Source of the DNA: Tepidanaerobacter acetatoxydans
GTDB taxonomy: Bacteria; Bacillota; Thermosediminibacteria; Thermosediminibacterales; Tepidanaerobacteraceae
DNA: 32,000 nt
Reading direction: 5' to 3'
Assembly (NCBI GenBank): GCA_022840405.1
Contig: JALHJR010000022.1
Coordinates: forward strand, 1-32,000
Shown here: positions 16,932 through 26,100 of the stretch, in pieces
Position numbering within the stretch: the first letter of the stretch is position 1
Layout: each line of letters begins with the position of its first letter
Program-made: the position numbers and the translations under genes
The notes under the pieces: model-generated
The model's input: only the letters and a program-made list of their open reading frames with translations
What the model was told of the DNA's origin: nothing
The model's database searches: none

Positions 16932-17942
16932 ATGGAGGCGGATATATTGTCTGATATACTTTCTCAAAATGAAATAGATGCTCTTCTGTCAGCCCTGTCC
17001 ACTGGAGAAGTAAAAGCAGAAGAAATCAAAAGCAAAGAATTGGATAAAAAAGTCAAACCATATGATTTTAAACGTCCAAATAAATTCTCAAAAGAGCAGC
17101 TGCATACGTTAAGCATGATACATGAAAATTTTGCTCGTTTATTGACTACTTACCTTTCTGCACAATTACGGACTGTTGTTCAAATAAATGTATTTTTTGT
17201 GGAACAGATGACATATAATGAGTTTATTTTTTCTATACCTAATCCTTCGCTTATTGCTGTTGTAGATTTTTCACCATTAAAAGGTGCTGCCATAATGGAG
17301 ATAAATCCATCCATTGCCTTTTCAATTATCGATAGGCTTTTGGGAGGACCGGGAGAATATAGCGGAAAATTACGGGAACCTACAGAAATTGAAACCGGTA
17401 TAATCGAAAAAGTTTTTAGTAAAATGACCAGAATATTAAGTGATGCATGGAAAGACATCGCAGATATTCAAACAACTTTGGAAAAGCTTGAAACGAATTC
17501 TCAATTTGTGCAGTTAGTTTCTCCTAATGAAGCAGTTGCCTTAATTACGTTTAATGCTAAAGTTGGCAACAGTGACGGTATGATTAATATTTGCATACCT
17601 CATATTGTACTGGAACCCATAATACCTAAATTATCTACTAGAATATGGTTGTCTACCAGTAAGCAAGAACAAGCAGAAACAACAAAACAATTCATAACGG
17701 AAAAAGTTTACGATACTAAAGCAGAAATTAGAGCAGAGCTTGGCCGAACCCTTATAACCGTTGGTGAATTTATTAATCTTGCAACCGGAGATGTGATAGC
17801 ATTGAATAGAAACATAGAAGATGGCGCGGATATTTTCATTAAAGACAAATTAAAATTCTCAGGTTCGATTGGCGTTCATCGTAATAAAATGGCAATTAAA
17901 ATACAAAAAAAGTTTGGAGAGGGGGGCGAATTTAATGGATAA
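16932..17942 (+). CDS. fliM: Flagellar motor switch protein FliM
   Basis: N-terminal CheY-P binding motif LSQNEIDALLSAL, FliM middle domain, and SpoA-like C-terminus. TTG 16947 (GGAGG at 16934-16938, 8-nt spacing) is an alternative start. Confidence 0.94.
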   Translation: MEADILSDILSQNEIDALLSALSTGEVKAEEIKSKELDKKVKPYDFKRPNKFSKEQLHTLSMIHENFARLLTTYLSAQLRTVVQINVFFVEQMTYNEFIFSIPNPSLIAVVDFSPLKGAAIMEINPSIAFSIIDRLLGGPGEYSGKLREPTEIETGIIEKVFSKMTRILSDAWKDIADIQTTLEKLETNSQFVQLVSPNEAVALITFNAKVGNSDGMINICIPHIVLEPIIPKLSTRIWLSTSKQEQAETTKQFITEKVYDTKAEIRAELGRTLITVGEFINLATGDVIALNRNIEDGADIFIKDKLKFSGSIGVHRNKMAIKIQKKFGEGGEFNG

Positions 17943-19062
17943 TCAGTTGCTGTCATCTGAAGAAATTAAGGAACTTATGAATGGAGCAGCAGAAAACGTT
18001 CAAATAACAAGAGAAGAAATGGATGCATTAGGTGAAATTGGAAATATATCCATTGGAACTTCGGCTACGACACTATATTCTTTATTGAGAAATAAAGTGG
18101 TTATTACTACTCCAAGAGTTTATATAACAAATATTAAAAAATTAAAAGAAGCTTATCCGATACCGTTTATCAGCATTGAAGTTTCTTATACAAAGGGCCT
18201 TAATGGCAGCACTTTAATGATAATGAAGGAAGATGATGCAAAAATTATAGCAGATCTTATGATGGGAGGTGACGGGAGTAATGTTAATGTAGAATTAGAT
18301 GATATTAGAATGAGTGCTGTAGGAGAAGCAATGAATCAAATGATGGGATCTGCAGCAACTTCATTGTCTATAATGCTTAAAAAAGATATTAATATATCAC
18401 CTCCATGTGTAACTAGGATAAATTTAGCTACAGATTCTTTAAAAGGATATTTTGATGAAGATGAAGCTATAGTAACTATCTCTTTTAAAATGGAAGTTGG
18501 TGACTTTTTAAAAAGTGAAATAATGCAATTGATGCCGATTCCTTTTGCAAAAAGTTTAGTGGAACAACTTTATACCCTCTCCTTAAGCGAAACAACGACT
18601 AACACTGACGGCACAAATGATAAAAAAATTAATGAAGAACCAAAACAAATGCATAGCGAGCAGACTCCGGTTCAGAATATAACAGAGCAAGAATCTGTTT
18701 TAACTATGCCACAAAAAGAACCTTTAAGATCAGCACAAAATGCTGAAGTAACAGTAAAGCCCGTGGAGTTTCACACATTTAAAGAAGAGCCGACTACTGC
18801 TCAAAGCTCGAGTCTTGATTTGATATTGGATGTTCCATTGGAAGTCACTGTTGAATTGGGAAGAACAGAAAAGACTATAAAGGAAATTTTAGAAATATCT
18901 TCCGGAACCATTATAGAGTTAGATAAAATGGCTGGAGAACCAGCCGATATTTTAGTTAATGGAAAATTGGTAGCTAAAGGCGAAGTTGTGGTAATAGATG
19001 AAAACTTCGGGGTAAGAATAACAGAAATAATTAACTCTGTTGATAGGGTTAAGAGTTTATAG
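17935..19062 (+). CDS. fliY: Flagellar motor switch phosphatase FliY (CheC-like N-domain plus FliN/SpoA C-domain)
   Basis: ORF 17869..19062 trimmed to ATG 17935 (8-nt overlap with fliM). Two intact CheC-type sites, DALGEIGN-x22-P and SAVGEAMN-x21/22-P. N-terminal LSSEEIKELMNG peptide. C-terminal FliN domain: LEVTVELGRT..ELDKMAGEPADILVNGKLVAKGEVVVIDENFGVRITEI. Confidence 0.92.
   Translation: MDNQLLSSEEIKELMNGAAENVQITREEMDALGEIGNISIGTSATTLYSLLRNKVVITTPRVYITNIKKLKEAYPIPFISIEVSYTKGLNGSTLMIMKEDDAKIIADLMMGGDGSNVNVELDDIRMSAVGEAMNQMMGSAATSLSIMLKKDINISPPCVTRINLATDSLKGYFDEDEAIVTISFKMEVGDFLKSEIMQLMPIPFAKSLVEQLYTLSLSETTTNTDGTNDKKINEEPKQMHSEQTPVQNITEQESVLTMPQKEPLRSAQNAEVTVKPVEFHTFKEEPTTAQSSSLDLILDVPLEVTVELGRTEKTIKEILEISSGTIIELDKMAGEPADILVNGKLVAKGEVVVIDENFGVRITEIINSVDRVKSL
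18924..18950 (+). promoter_or_regulatory. Candidate internal sigma-D (sigma-28/FliA) promoter inside fliY
   Basis: TAAA (18924-18927), a 15-nt spacer, then GCCGATAT (18943-18950). This is an exact match to the B. subtilis-type consensus TAAA-N15-GCCGATAT, on the coding strand and about 130 nt upstream of cheY. Sequence match only; function is untested. Confidence 0.4.
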
Positions 19063-19081
19063 TAATAGGAGGATGAGTTTA

Positions 19082-19441
19082 ATGGGAGGAATATTAATAG
19101 TAGATGATGCTGCCTTTATGAGGATGATGATCAAAGACATACTTACCAAAAACGGTTATGAAGTTTCCGGTGAGGCTGAAAACGGAGCGGTAGCAGTTAA
19201 AATGTATGATGAGCTAAAGCCAGATCTTGTAATTATGGATATTACCATGCCGGAGATGGATGGTATTGAAGCTGTAAAAAAGATAAAGGCAATGGACTCT
19301 TCAGCAAAAATAATAATGTGTTCAGCTATGGGGCAGCAAGCAATGGTAATTGATGCGATACAAGCAGGAGCCAGAGACTTTGTAGTAAAACCATTTCAGC
19401 CAGAACGAGTACTCGAAGCAGTAAAAAAGGCTCTGAGCTAA
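19082..19441 (+). CDS. cheY: Chemotaxis response regulator CheY
   Basis: ORF 19040..19441 trimmed to ATG 19082 (AGGAGG at 19067-19072, 9-nt spacing). Very close to B. subtilis CheY: ILIVDDAAFMRMMIKDIL, phospho-acceptor context LVIMDITMPEMDG, MCSAMGQQ, DFVVKPF. Confidence 0.96.
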   Translation: MGGILIVDDAAFMRMMIKDILTKNGYEVSGEAENGAVAVKMYDELKPDLVIMDITMPEMDGIEAVKKIKAMDSSAKIIMCSAMGQQAMVIDAIQAGARDFVVKPFQPERVLEAVKKALS

Positions 19442-19455
19442 AAGAAGGTTTTTCG

Positions 19456-19992
19456 ATGAGAAAATACATGATATGCTTAAGTATATTAGTTGTATATTTT
19501 ATGTTTTTTACAGGAATTCAAATATTTGCAGAGCCTATCAATATTGACAACATTAAAAATTATGATATTTATACTCCTGAAGATATTATTTATCAAAGTC
19601 CATCTACAATTACAAATGTTATGACATTTTTAGTTTATCTAATATTTTTCATTGCTATTTCTTTACTAGCATATTTTACTGTCAGATGGATAGGTAAGCA
19701 CCAAATGAGGCTAATAATAAAAAGCAAATATATGGAGGTTGTCGACAGTTTATCACTTGGTGGTGAGAAAGGTATCTATATTGTAAATACACCGCAGGGT
19801 ATGTTGATACTTGGCGTAACAAAAGAAAGTGTGGATTTACTTGGAAAAATTGGACATGAGGAAGCAGAGTTAATAAGAGCTGCTGAGGCAAATCAAGAAA
19901 GCCATGACAGGGCTTTTGCAGTACATTTAAACAATTATTTCAATAAGCTAAAAGGCAGTTCAGACAAAATAGGTAGTGGTGGATCAAAATGA
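19456..19992 (+). CDS. fliO: Flagellar biosynthesis protein FliO (FliZ in B. subtilis nomenclature)
   Basis: 178 aa with an N-terminal hydrophobic segment and a second TM (FLVYLIFFIAISLLAYFTV). FliO-type core MEVVDSLSLGGEKGIYIVNTPQGMLILGVTKESV. ATGA overlap with fliP. Confidence 0.75.
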   Translation: MRKYMICLSILVVYFMFFTGIQIFAEPINIDNIKNYDIYTPEDIIYQSPSTITNVMTFLVYLIFFIAISLLAYFTVRWIGKHQMRLIIKSKYMEVVDSLSLGGEKGIYIVNTPQGMLILGVTKESVDLLGKIGHEEAELIRAAEANQESHDRAFAVHLNNYFNKLKGSSDKIGSGGSK

Positions 19993-20765
19993 AAATTAAT
20001 AAGAATACTGTAATAAAAATGACTTATACAAGTTTATGCTTAATGTGCCACGAGAAAATTGTATACGCAGCTCCAGAAGACATTCCAATACCCATACCAT
20101 CATTTCCTTTTATAAAGCAGGCTGAAACTGCCGGTGAAACTGCTATGGCCTTACAAATAGTTCTACTGCTTACCATATTATCCTTAGCACCTTCAATACT
20201 TACATTGTTGACTTCTTTTACTCGAACAATAATCGTGCTTTCATTTGTTAGAAATGGGTTGGGGGTTCAACAAGTTCCACCTACTCAGGTTTTAATAGGT
20301 CTTGCTTTGTTTATCACTGTATTTGTAATGGCACCTGTTTGGACCGAGATAAATAGTGAGGCCATACAACCATATATGAATCAAGAAATTGATACTTCTG
20401 AAGCTTTACTGAGGTCTCAGATTCCTTTACGCAACTTTATGTTTAGACAGACAAGGGAAAAAGACTTGGCTCTTTTTGTACATTATGCAAAACTTGAAAA
20501 CCCATTAAATACACTTGATGATATACCTACATATGTACTGATTCCCTCGTTTATAATCAGTGAATTAAAAACTGCTTTTCAAATGGGTTTTATAATATTT
20601 ATACCTTTTTTAGTGATAGATATGATAGTATCCAGCACACTTATGTCAATGGGAATGCTAATGCTACCTCCAATAATGATATCTTTACCTTTTAAGATAT
20701 TGCTATTTGTTATGGTAGACGGATGGAATTTAGTTATTAATTCAATTCTTGCTGGATTTCGCTAG
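19989..20765 (+). CDS. fliP: Flagellar export apparatus protein FliP
   Basis: Conserved FliP blocks LTSFTRTIIVLSFVRNGLG, LIGLALFITVFVMAPV, FIISELKTAFQMGFIIFIPFLVIDMIVSS and LPFKILLFVMVDGW. Confidence 0.96.
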   Translation: MKINKNTVIKMTYTSLCLMCHEKIVYAAPEDIPIPIPSFPFIKQAETAGETAMALQIVLLLTILSLAPSILTLLTSFTRTIIVLSFVRNGLGVQQVPPTQVLIGLALFITVFVMAPVWTEINSEAIQPYMNQEIDTSEALLRSQIPLRNFMFRQTREKDLALFVHYAKLENPLNTLDDIPTYVLIPSFIISELKTAFQMGFIIFIPFLVIDMIVSSTLMSMGMLMLPPIMISLPFKILLFVMVDGWNLVINSILAGFR

Positions 20766-20784
20766 CATTTAAGGATGTGAAGAA

Positions 20785-21054
20785 ATGACTCAAGAGATGG
20801 TTATTTATATAGCTCGAGAAGCACTTTCAGTGGCTTTACTTGTTTCAGCTCCTATGTTGTTGCTTGGCATGCTCGTCGGAATTATTGTCAGCATTTTTCA
20901 GGCTACAACACAAATACAGGAGCAAACCCTTACATTTGTACCAAAAATCATTGTAGTTATGCTTTCAATGGTTATATTCGGTCCATGGATGTTGACAATT
21001 ATAACGCAGTTTACATATAATCTTTTTTCTGATCTTCCTAAATTTATATATTAA
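20785..21054 (+). CDS. fliQ: Flagellar export apparatus protein FliQ
   Basis: 89 aa, two TM segments, conserved IVSIFQATTQIQEQTLTFVPKI. Confidence 0.94.
   Translation: MTQEMVIYIAREALSVALLVSAPMLLLGMLVGIIVSIFQATTQIQEQTLTFVPKIIVVMLSMVIFGPWMLTIITQFTYNLFSDLPKFIY
20992..21021 (+). promoter_or_regulatory. Intragenic perfect sigma-A-type hexamer pair (TTGACA-N18-TATAAT) near the 3' end of fliQ
   Basis: TTGACA at 20992-20997 (codons L70-T71 of fliQ), an 18-nt spacer, then TATAAT at 21016-21021 (codons Y78-N79), on the plus strand 48 nt upstream of fliR. Sequence match only. Confidence 0.3.
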
Positions 21055-21068
21055 GTCAGGTTAATAAC

Positions 21069-21845
21069 ATGAATGTAAATTATGAGGTGGCTTTAATAAA
21101 GTATCTGCTTATTTTGTTCAGATGTTTAGGCTTTTTAACTTTAACACCGGTTTTTGGCAGACGAGAAATCCCATTTCAGATTAAGATAGGTTTAGCAGCA
21201 TTGCTTTCTTTTATAGTATATCCGATCATTCCGGAACTAGAATTAAATAACAATCTATGGATTGTGTCAGCAAGTGTTTTAAGAGAGTTAATGGCAGGTA
21301 TAACCATGGGTTACGCAACCTTCCTATTGTTTTCATCTCTCTACCTTGCCGGAGGAATTATTGATCTTGAAATGGGTTTCGGCATGGTTAATGTTTTAGA
21401 TCCTCAAAGCAATACTCAGGTTCCACTTATGGGAAATTACTATTATATATTAACCATATTATTATTTTTAACGGTTAACGGACACCATATGTTGATCTCT
21501 GCTATCATCAAAAGCTATGATTTACTGCCTTTGGGTAAACCGGTTTACCAAGAAGGTTTGCTAAATGTAATAATAGTAAGTTTTAAAGATATGTTCATTT
21601 TAGGGGTTCAAATAGCATTACCGGTAACGGCAATTATTTTTTTAACAGATTTTGCACTAGGTATAATTGCTCGGACTGTTCCCCAGATGAATGTTTTTAT
21701 AGTTGGTCTTCCGCTGAAAATAGCTATAGGAATGATAGGTATGATTATAGTGTTTCCAATGTATCTGGTTATTTTAGATTATATTTACAATGGAACTTAT
21801 GAAAAAGTATTAATGACAATTAGAGAAATGCAGGTATTACCGTGA
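21069..21845 (+). CDS. fliR: Flagellar export apparatus protein FliR
   Basis: 258-aa polytopic membrane protein in the canonical position between fliQ and flhB. FliR-like blocks GFGMVNVLDPQS and ARTVPQMNVFIVGLPLKI. Confidence 0.92.
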   Translation: MNVNYEVALIKYLLILFRCLGFLTLTPVFGRREIPFQIKIGLAALLSFIVYPIIPELELNNNLWIVSASVLRELMAGITMGYATFLLFSSLYLAGGIIDLEMGFGMVNVLDPQSNTQVPLMGNYYYILTILLFLTVNGHHMLISAIIKSYDLLPLGKPVYQEGLLNVIIVSFKDMFILGVQIALPVTAIIFLTDFALGIIARTVPQMNVFIVGLPLKIAIGMIGMIIVFPMYLVILDYIYNGTYEKVLMTIREMQVLP

Positions 21846-22918
21846 ACTTACAGCTATTTGCCGAAGAAAGAACTGAAAAAGCTACTCCAAGACGGCGACA
21901 AAAGGCTCATGAAAGAGGACAAGTTTTTTCAAGTAGGGAATTAAATTCTGCTTTAGTTCTTTTGGGTGGCTTTTTACTGATTAAAATAGTCGGTAAAAAT
22001 TTCGTTATGAATATAATGGATTTTTTTAACCATATTTTAACTGAAACTATTAATAGAGAAGATATATTTACTCTTGAGGGAATTAAAACATTTTCATATG
22101 AAATATTGATTTTCGCTGGTAAAAACTTTGCACCTGTGGCACTGGGTTTATCCTGTATTTGCCTGATTTCTAACTATATGCAGGTGGGTTTTGTACTAAG
22201 CCTTGAACCAGTTTCACCTAAGCTTGAACGAATAAATCCGTTAGAAGGATTTAAGCGTATATTCTCCCGACGAAGTTTATTAGAACTGATAAAATCAATT
22301 GCCAAGATTACAATAGTTGCTTACGTAGTCTGCACAGCTATAATTAAATATAAAGATTTATTTCCTCTTATGCTGGATATGAATTTACTTGATGCATCGA
22401 GCCTGACTTTAAGCATAGCATTTGAAGTGGGAATGAAAGTAGCTGCTACATTATTGATTGTATCTGCCTTGGATTATTTTTATCAATGGCATGAATATGA
22501 AACCAGTCTGATGATGTCAAAACAGGATATTAAAGAAGAATATAAAGAAGTTGAGGGCAATCCGCAAATAAAGTCAAGAATCAGGCAAACGCAAAGACAA
22601 ATGGCTCGCACAAGAATGATGAAGGATGTAGAGAAAGCTGATGTTGTCATTACCAATCCGACCCACTATGCAGTAGCTTTAGCTTATGATGCCGCCTTGC
22701 ACTCGGCACCTGTGGTATTGGCTAAAGGTGTGGACAAATTGGCTGAAAAAATAAAAGAAATTGCAACAAAAGAGGATGTTCCTATTGTCGAAAACAAAGC
22801 ATTGGCTCAAACATTATATAAAACAGTGGAGATTGGAGATATAATACCAGAGTCTTTATATAATGCGGTTGCTGAAATTTTAGCGTTTATATATAGTTTG
22901 AAAGAGAGGAGGCTATAA
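21842..22918 (+). CDS. flhB: Flagellar export switch protein FlhB
   Basis: GTG start in a GTGA overlap with fliR. N-terminal EERTEKATPRRRQKAHERGQV. Autocleavage site NPTH in VVITNPTHYAVAL. C-terminal PIVENKALAQTLY. Confidence 0.96.
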   Translation: MNLQLFAEERTEKATPRRRQKAHERGQVFSSRELNSALVLLGGFLLIKIVGKNFVMNIMDFFNHILTETINREDIFTLEGIKTFSYEILIFAGKNFAPVALGLSCICLISNYMQVGFVLSLEPVSPKLERINPLEGFKRIFSRRSLLELIKSIAKITIVAYVVCTAIIKYKDLFPLMLDMNLLDASSLTLSIAFEVGMKVAATLLIVSALDYFYQWHEYETSLMMSKQDIKEEYKEVEGNPQIKSRIRQTQRQMARTRMMKDVEKADVVITNPTHYAVALAYDAALHSAPVVLAKGVDKLAEKIKEIATKEDVPIVENKALAQTLYKTVEIGDIIPESLYNAVAEILAFIYSLKERRL

Positions 22919-24952
22919 ATGCAAATAGGGGATATAGTTATGGCGGTAATTGCCATTGGAATAGTCATAATGATGATAATACCGCTTCCATCATTTCTAT
23001 TAGATTTTTTATTAACGTTTAATATAACATTAGCTTTGATAATCCTTTTAATTTCTATGAATATGGAGAAGCCGCTTGACTTTTCAATATTCCCTTCTCT
23101 CTTACTGATTACTACCCTACTTAGGCTTTCACTCAACATATCATCGACACGGCTAATCCTAATCAACGGTTATGCCGGTAAAGTTATTGAGTCTTTTGGA
23201 AATTTTGTAGTTAAAGGAAATCCCTTAGTCGGGTTTATAATTTTTATTATCATTGAAATTATACAGTTTATGGTAATCACAAAAGGTGCTGAAAGAGTAG
23301 CTGAAGTTGCGGCAAGATTTACACTTGATGCTATGCCGGGTAAACAGATGAGCATTGATGCTGATTTAAACGCCGGCGTTATCAGTGAAAGTGAAGCACG
23401 TAGCAGACGGCAAGAAATTCAAAGAGAGGCAGACTTCTACGGAGCAATGGACGGTGCCAGTAAATTTGTTAAAGGCGATGCAATAGCAGGCATAATAATT
23501 ACTGTCATAAACATAATTGGAGGCTTTATTACAGGCATGGTATTCCAAGGCTTAGAATTTACAGAGGCACTAAATAGATATACCCTTTTAACTGTAGGTG
23601 ATGGACTTATCAGTCAAATTCCTGCTCTTTTAATTTCTACTGCAACTGGAATAGTTGTTACAAAATCTGCAAGTTCCGGTCACCTTGGTAAGGATGTAAT
23701 AAAGCAGTTTACCGCATATCCTAAGTTATTATTATTATCCTCAGCAGCTTTAGGTTTTTTTGCAATTGTACCGGGTTTGCCATTTGTCCCATTTATGGTT
23801 TTGGCGGGAACGCTCGGTTATGCAGGCATGTCATTACAAAAAGCATCTGATAGTGAGAAACAAAAGATTGAACAGCTGCAAAAAGAAAAAGAATTAGATG
23901 AAATGAAAAAACCAGAAAATATCTATTCTTTGTTGCAGGTAGATCCCATAGAGGTGGAATTTGGATATAATATTATTCCTCTGGCAGATACGAATCAAGG
24001 TGGTGACTTACTTGACCGTGTAGTAATGATACGTCGTCAGTGTGCTCTTGACCTAGGCATAGTTGTACCTATGATAAGGCTGCGTGATAATATACAACTT
24101 AAGCCAAATGAGTATGTTATTAAAATTAAAGGCGTTGAAGTAGCACGATATGAACTAAGGACAGATAGCTATATGATTATGAATCCAACAGGCGGACCAA
24201 TCGAAATAGATGGCATAGAAACCAGAGAACCGGCTTTTGGTCTTCCTGCTATGTGGATTTCCGATGACAAGAAAGAAATTGCCGAAATGAAGGGGTACAC
24301 AGTCGTTGATGCATCATCAGTGCTTGCTACACATCTAACAGAAGTGGTTAAACAAAATGCACATGAGTTGTTAGGACGTCAAGAAGTTAAAAACTTATTG
24401 GATAATTTAAAAGAACAGTATCCGGCATTAGTGGAAGATATTGTACCTAAGATGCTTACAATAGGAGAAATACAAAAGGTATTGTCAAACTTGCTTAGAG
24501 AAAATATACCTATTCGAGATCTTGTTACGATTCTTGAGACCCTTGGTGATTATGCGGCATTGACAAGAGATACGGATATGCTTACAGAATATGTAAGGCA
24601 ACGATTGAAAAAAGTTATCACAGAACGGTTTATACCGAGTAAAATTGCCCAAGTTATAACATTAGACAGTCAAATAGAAGATATGATATTAGATTCTATC
24701 CGTCAAAATGAACATGGCTCATATGCAGCCTTAGATCCGGTGATGATTCAAAAAATCAGAAATTCCTTCATAAAAACTGTTAATGACTTACATGCAAAAG
24801 GTATATCCCCAATAATTCTAACAAGTCCCATGATTAGGATTTATTTTAAAAAAATTATTGAAGATTATATTTCATTTGTACCAGTTTTATCTTATAATGA
24901 GCTTGAGCCTGAAGTTGAAGTACAATCAGTAGGGATGGTGACTTTGAAATGA
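22919..24952 (+). CDS. flhA: Flagellar export gate protein FlhA
   Basis: 677 aa, FHIPEP-family blocks RFTLDAMPGKQMSIDADL and GAMDGASKFVKGDAIAGIII, and a large cytoplasmic C-domain. ATG directly abuts the flhB stop. Confidence 0.97.
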   Translation: MQIGDIVMAVIAIGIVIMMIIPLPSFLLDFLLTFNITLALIILLISMNMEKPLDFSIFPSLLLITTLLRLSLNISSTRLILINGYAGKVIESFGNFVVKGNPLVGFIIFIIIEIIQFMVITKGAERVAEVAARFTLDAMPGKQMSIDADLNAGVISESEARSRRQEIQREADFYGAMDGASKFVKGDAIAGIIITVINIIGGFITGMVFQGLEFTEALNRYTLLTVGDGLISQIPALLISTATGIVVTKSASSGHLGKDVIKQFTAYPKLLLLSSAALGFFAIVPGLPFVPFMVLAGTLGYAGMSLQKASDSEKQKIEQLQKEKELDEMKKPENIYSLLQVDPIEVEFGYNIIPLADTNQGGDLLDRVVMIRRQCALDLGIVVPMIRLRDNIQLKPNEYVIKIKGVEVARYELRTDSYMIMNPTGGPIEIDGIETREPAFGLPAMWISDDKKEIAEMKGYTVVDASSVLATHLTEVVKQNAHELLGRQEVKNLLDNLKEQYPALVEDIVPKMLTIGEIQKVLSNLLRENIPIRDLVTILETLGDYAALTRDTDMLTEYVRQRLKKVITERFIPSKIAQVITLDSQIEDMILDSIRQNEHGSYAALDPVMIQKIRNSFIKTVNDLHAKGISPIILTSPMIRIYFKKIIEDYISFVPVLSYNELEPEVEVQSVGMVTLK

Positions 24953-26100
24953 AAATTAAAACTTACGTAGCTGATAACGTTCAGGAAGCTTTTTATAAAG
25001 TAAAAACCGAACTCGGCAAAGATGCAATAATCCTTCAGACAAAGCATATCAAAAAAGGAGGATTCATGGGATTCTTTGCAAAAAATATGGTAGAGGTTGT
25101 AGCTGCAAATGATATCAATCCAACATTTAATACGCCAAAAGAACCATTAAATCCAATATTACCGGATACAGCTGCAAAATATAAAAACTTAACTGATTTT
25201 GTTAAGATTGATAAGATTAAAACCGATGTTGAAGAAGTAAAAAATATACTCAACAAATTATGTTCAGAACAAAAACAGCAAGAAATTAGCACAAATTTTG
25301 ACATACCTTTACCCTTAAAAAAATTTTATGACAGAATGTTTGAAATGCAAGTTGCGCCCGATATTATACATATGGTTATAAGTAATGCTGCAAACAATCT
25401 TACGGATGCAGATATGAACAATAAAGCAGAATTGTATAAAATGGTCAAAAATGAGATTGTTTCACTCATAGATATAATCGAGCCCATCGAATTATCGAAA
25501 GCGAAAAATATCATTGCATTTGTAGGCCCTACAGGGGTAGGTAAAACAACAACGATTGCCAAGCTTGCCGCACATTTCTCTTTGTATAAAAATAAAAAAG
25601 TAGCTATGATAACAGCAGATACTTTTAGGGTTGGTGCCATCGAACAGCTAAGATTATATGGTGATCTTTTAGAAATACCGGTATTTGTTGTATACAGTTT
25701 AGAAGATGTTAAAACTATATTGGCAGATACTAACGATTATGATATCTTATTAATTGATACAATGGGATTTAGTCCCAATAATCGTATGCAGATAAAAAAA
25801 ATAAAAGGATTATTAGATTATATAAATCCCAATGAGATTCATATAGTAATAAGCGCGGCCACAAAAAATCAGGATTTAGTTGACATACTAAACAATTATA
25901 AAGAACTTCAATATAAAAAAATTGTAGTTACAAAACTTGACGAAACAAAGTGCTATGGCATGCTATTAAATGCTATAGGTGTATCAAATGGCTGCAAATT
26001 ATCTTATTTAACTATGGGACAAGATGTTCCAGATGATATTGAAATAGCCTCGGCTGACAAGATTGCGGATATGATTCTGGGGGAAAGCGAAAATGTATGA
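24949..26100 (+). CDS. flhF: SRP-type GTPase FlhF (flagellar placement/number)
   Basis: G1 [22 protein letters not shown]4 TKLDET. The G3 position reads DTMGF rather than DTAGR (see findings). ATGA overlap with flhA. Confidence 0.9.
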   Translation: MKIKTYVADNVQEAFYKVKTELGKDAIILQTKHIKKGGFMGFFAKNMVEVVAANDINPTFNTPKEPLNPILPDTAAKYKNLTDFVKIDKIKTDVEEVKNILNKLCSEQKQQEISTNFDIPLPLKKFYDRMFEMQVAPDIIHMVISNAANNLTDADMNNKAELYKMVKNEIVSLIDIIEPIELSKAKNIIAFVGPTGVGKTTTIAKLAAHFSLYKNKKVAMITADTFRVGAIEQLRLYGDLLEIPVFVVYSLEDVKTILADTNDYDILLIDTMGFSPNNRMQIKKIKGLLDYINPNEIHIVISAATKNQDLVDILNNYKELQYKKIVVTKLDETKCYGMLLNAIGVSNGCKLSYLTMGQDVPDDIEIASADKIADMILGESENV

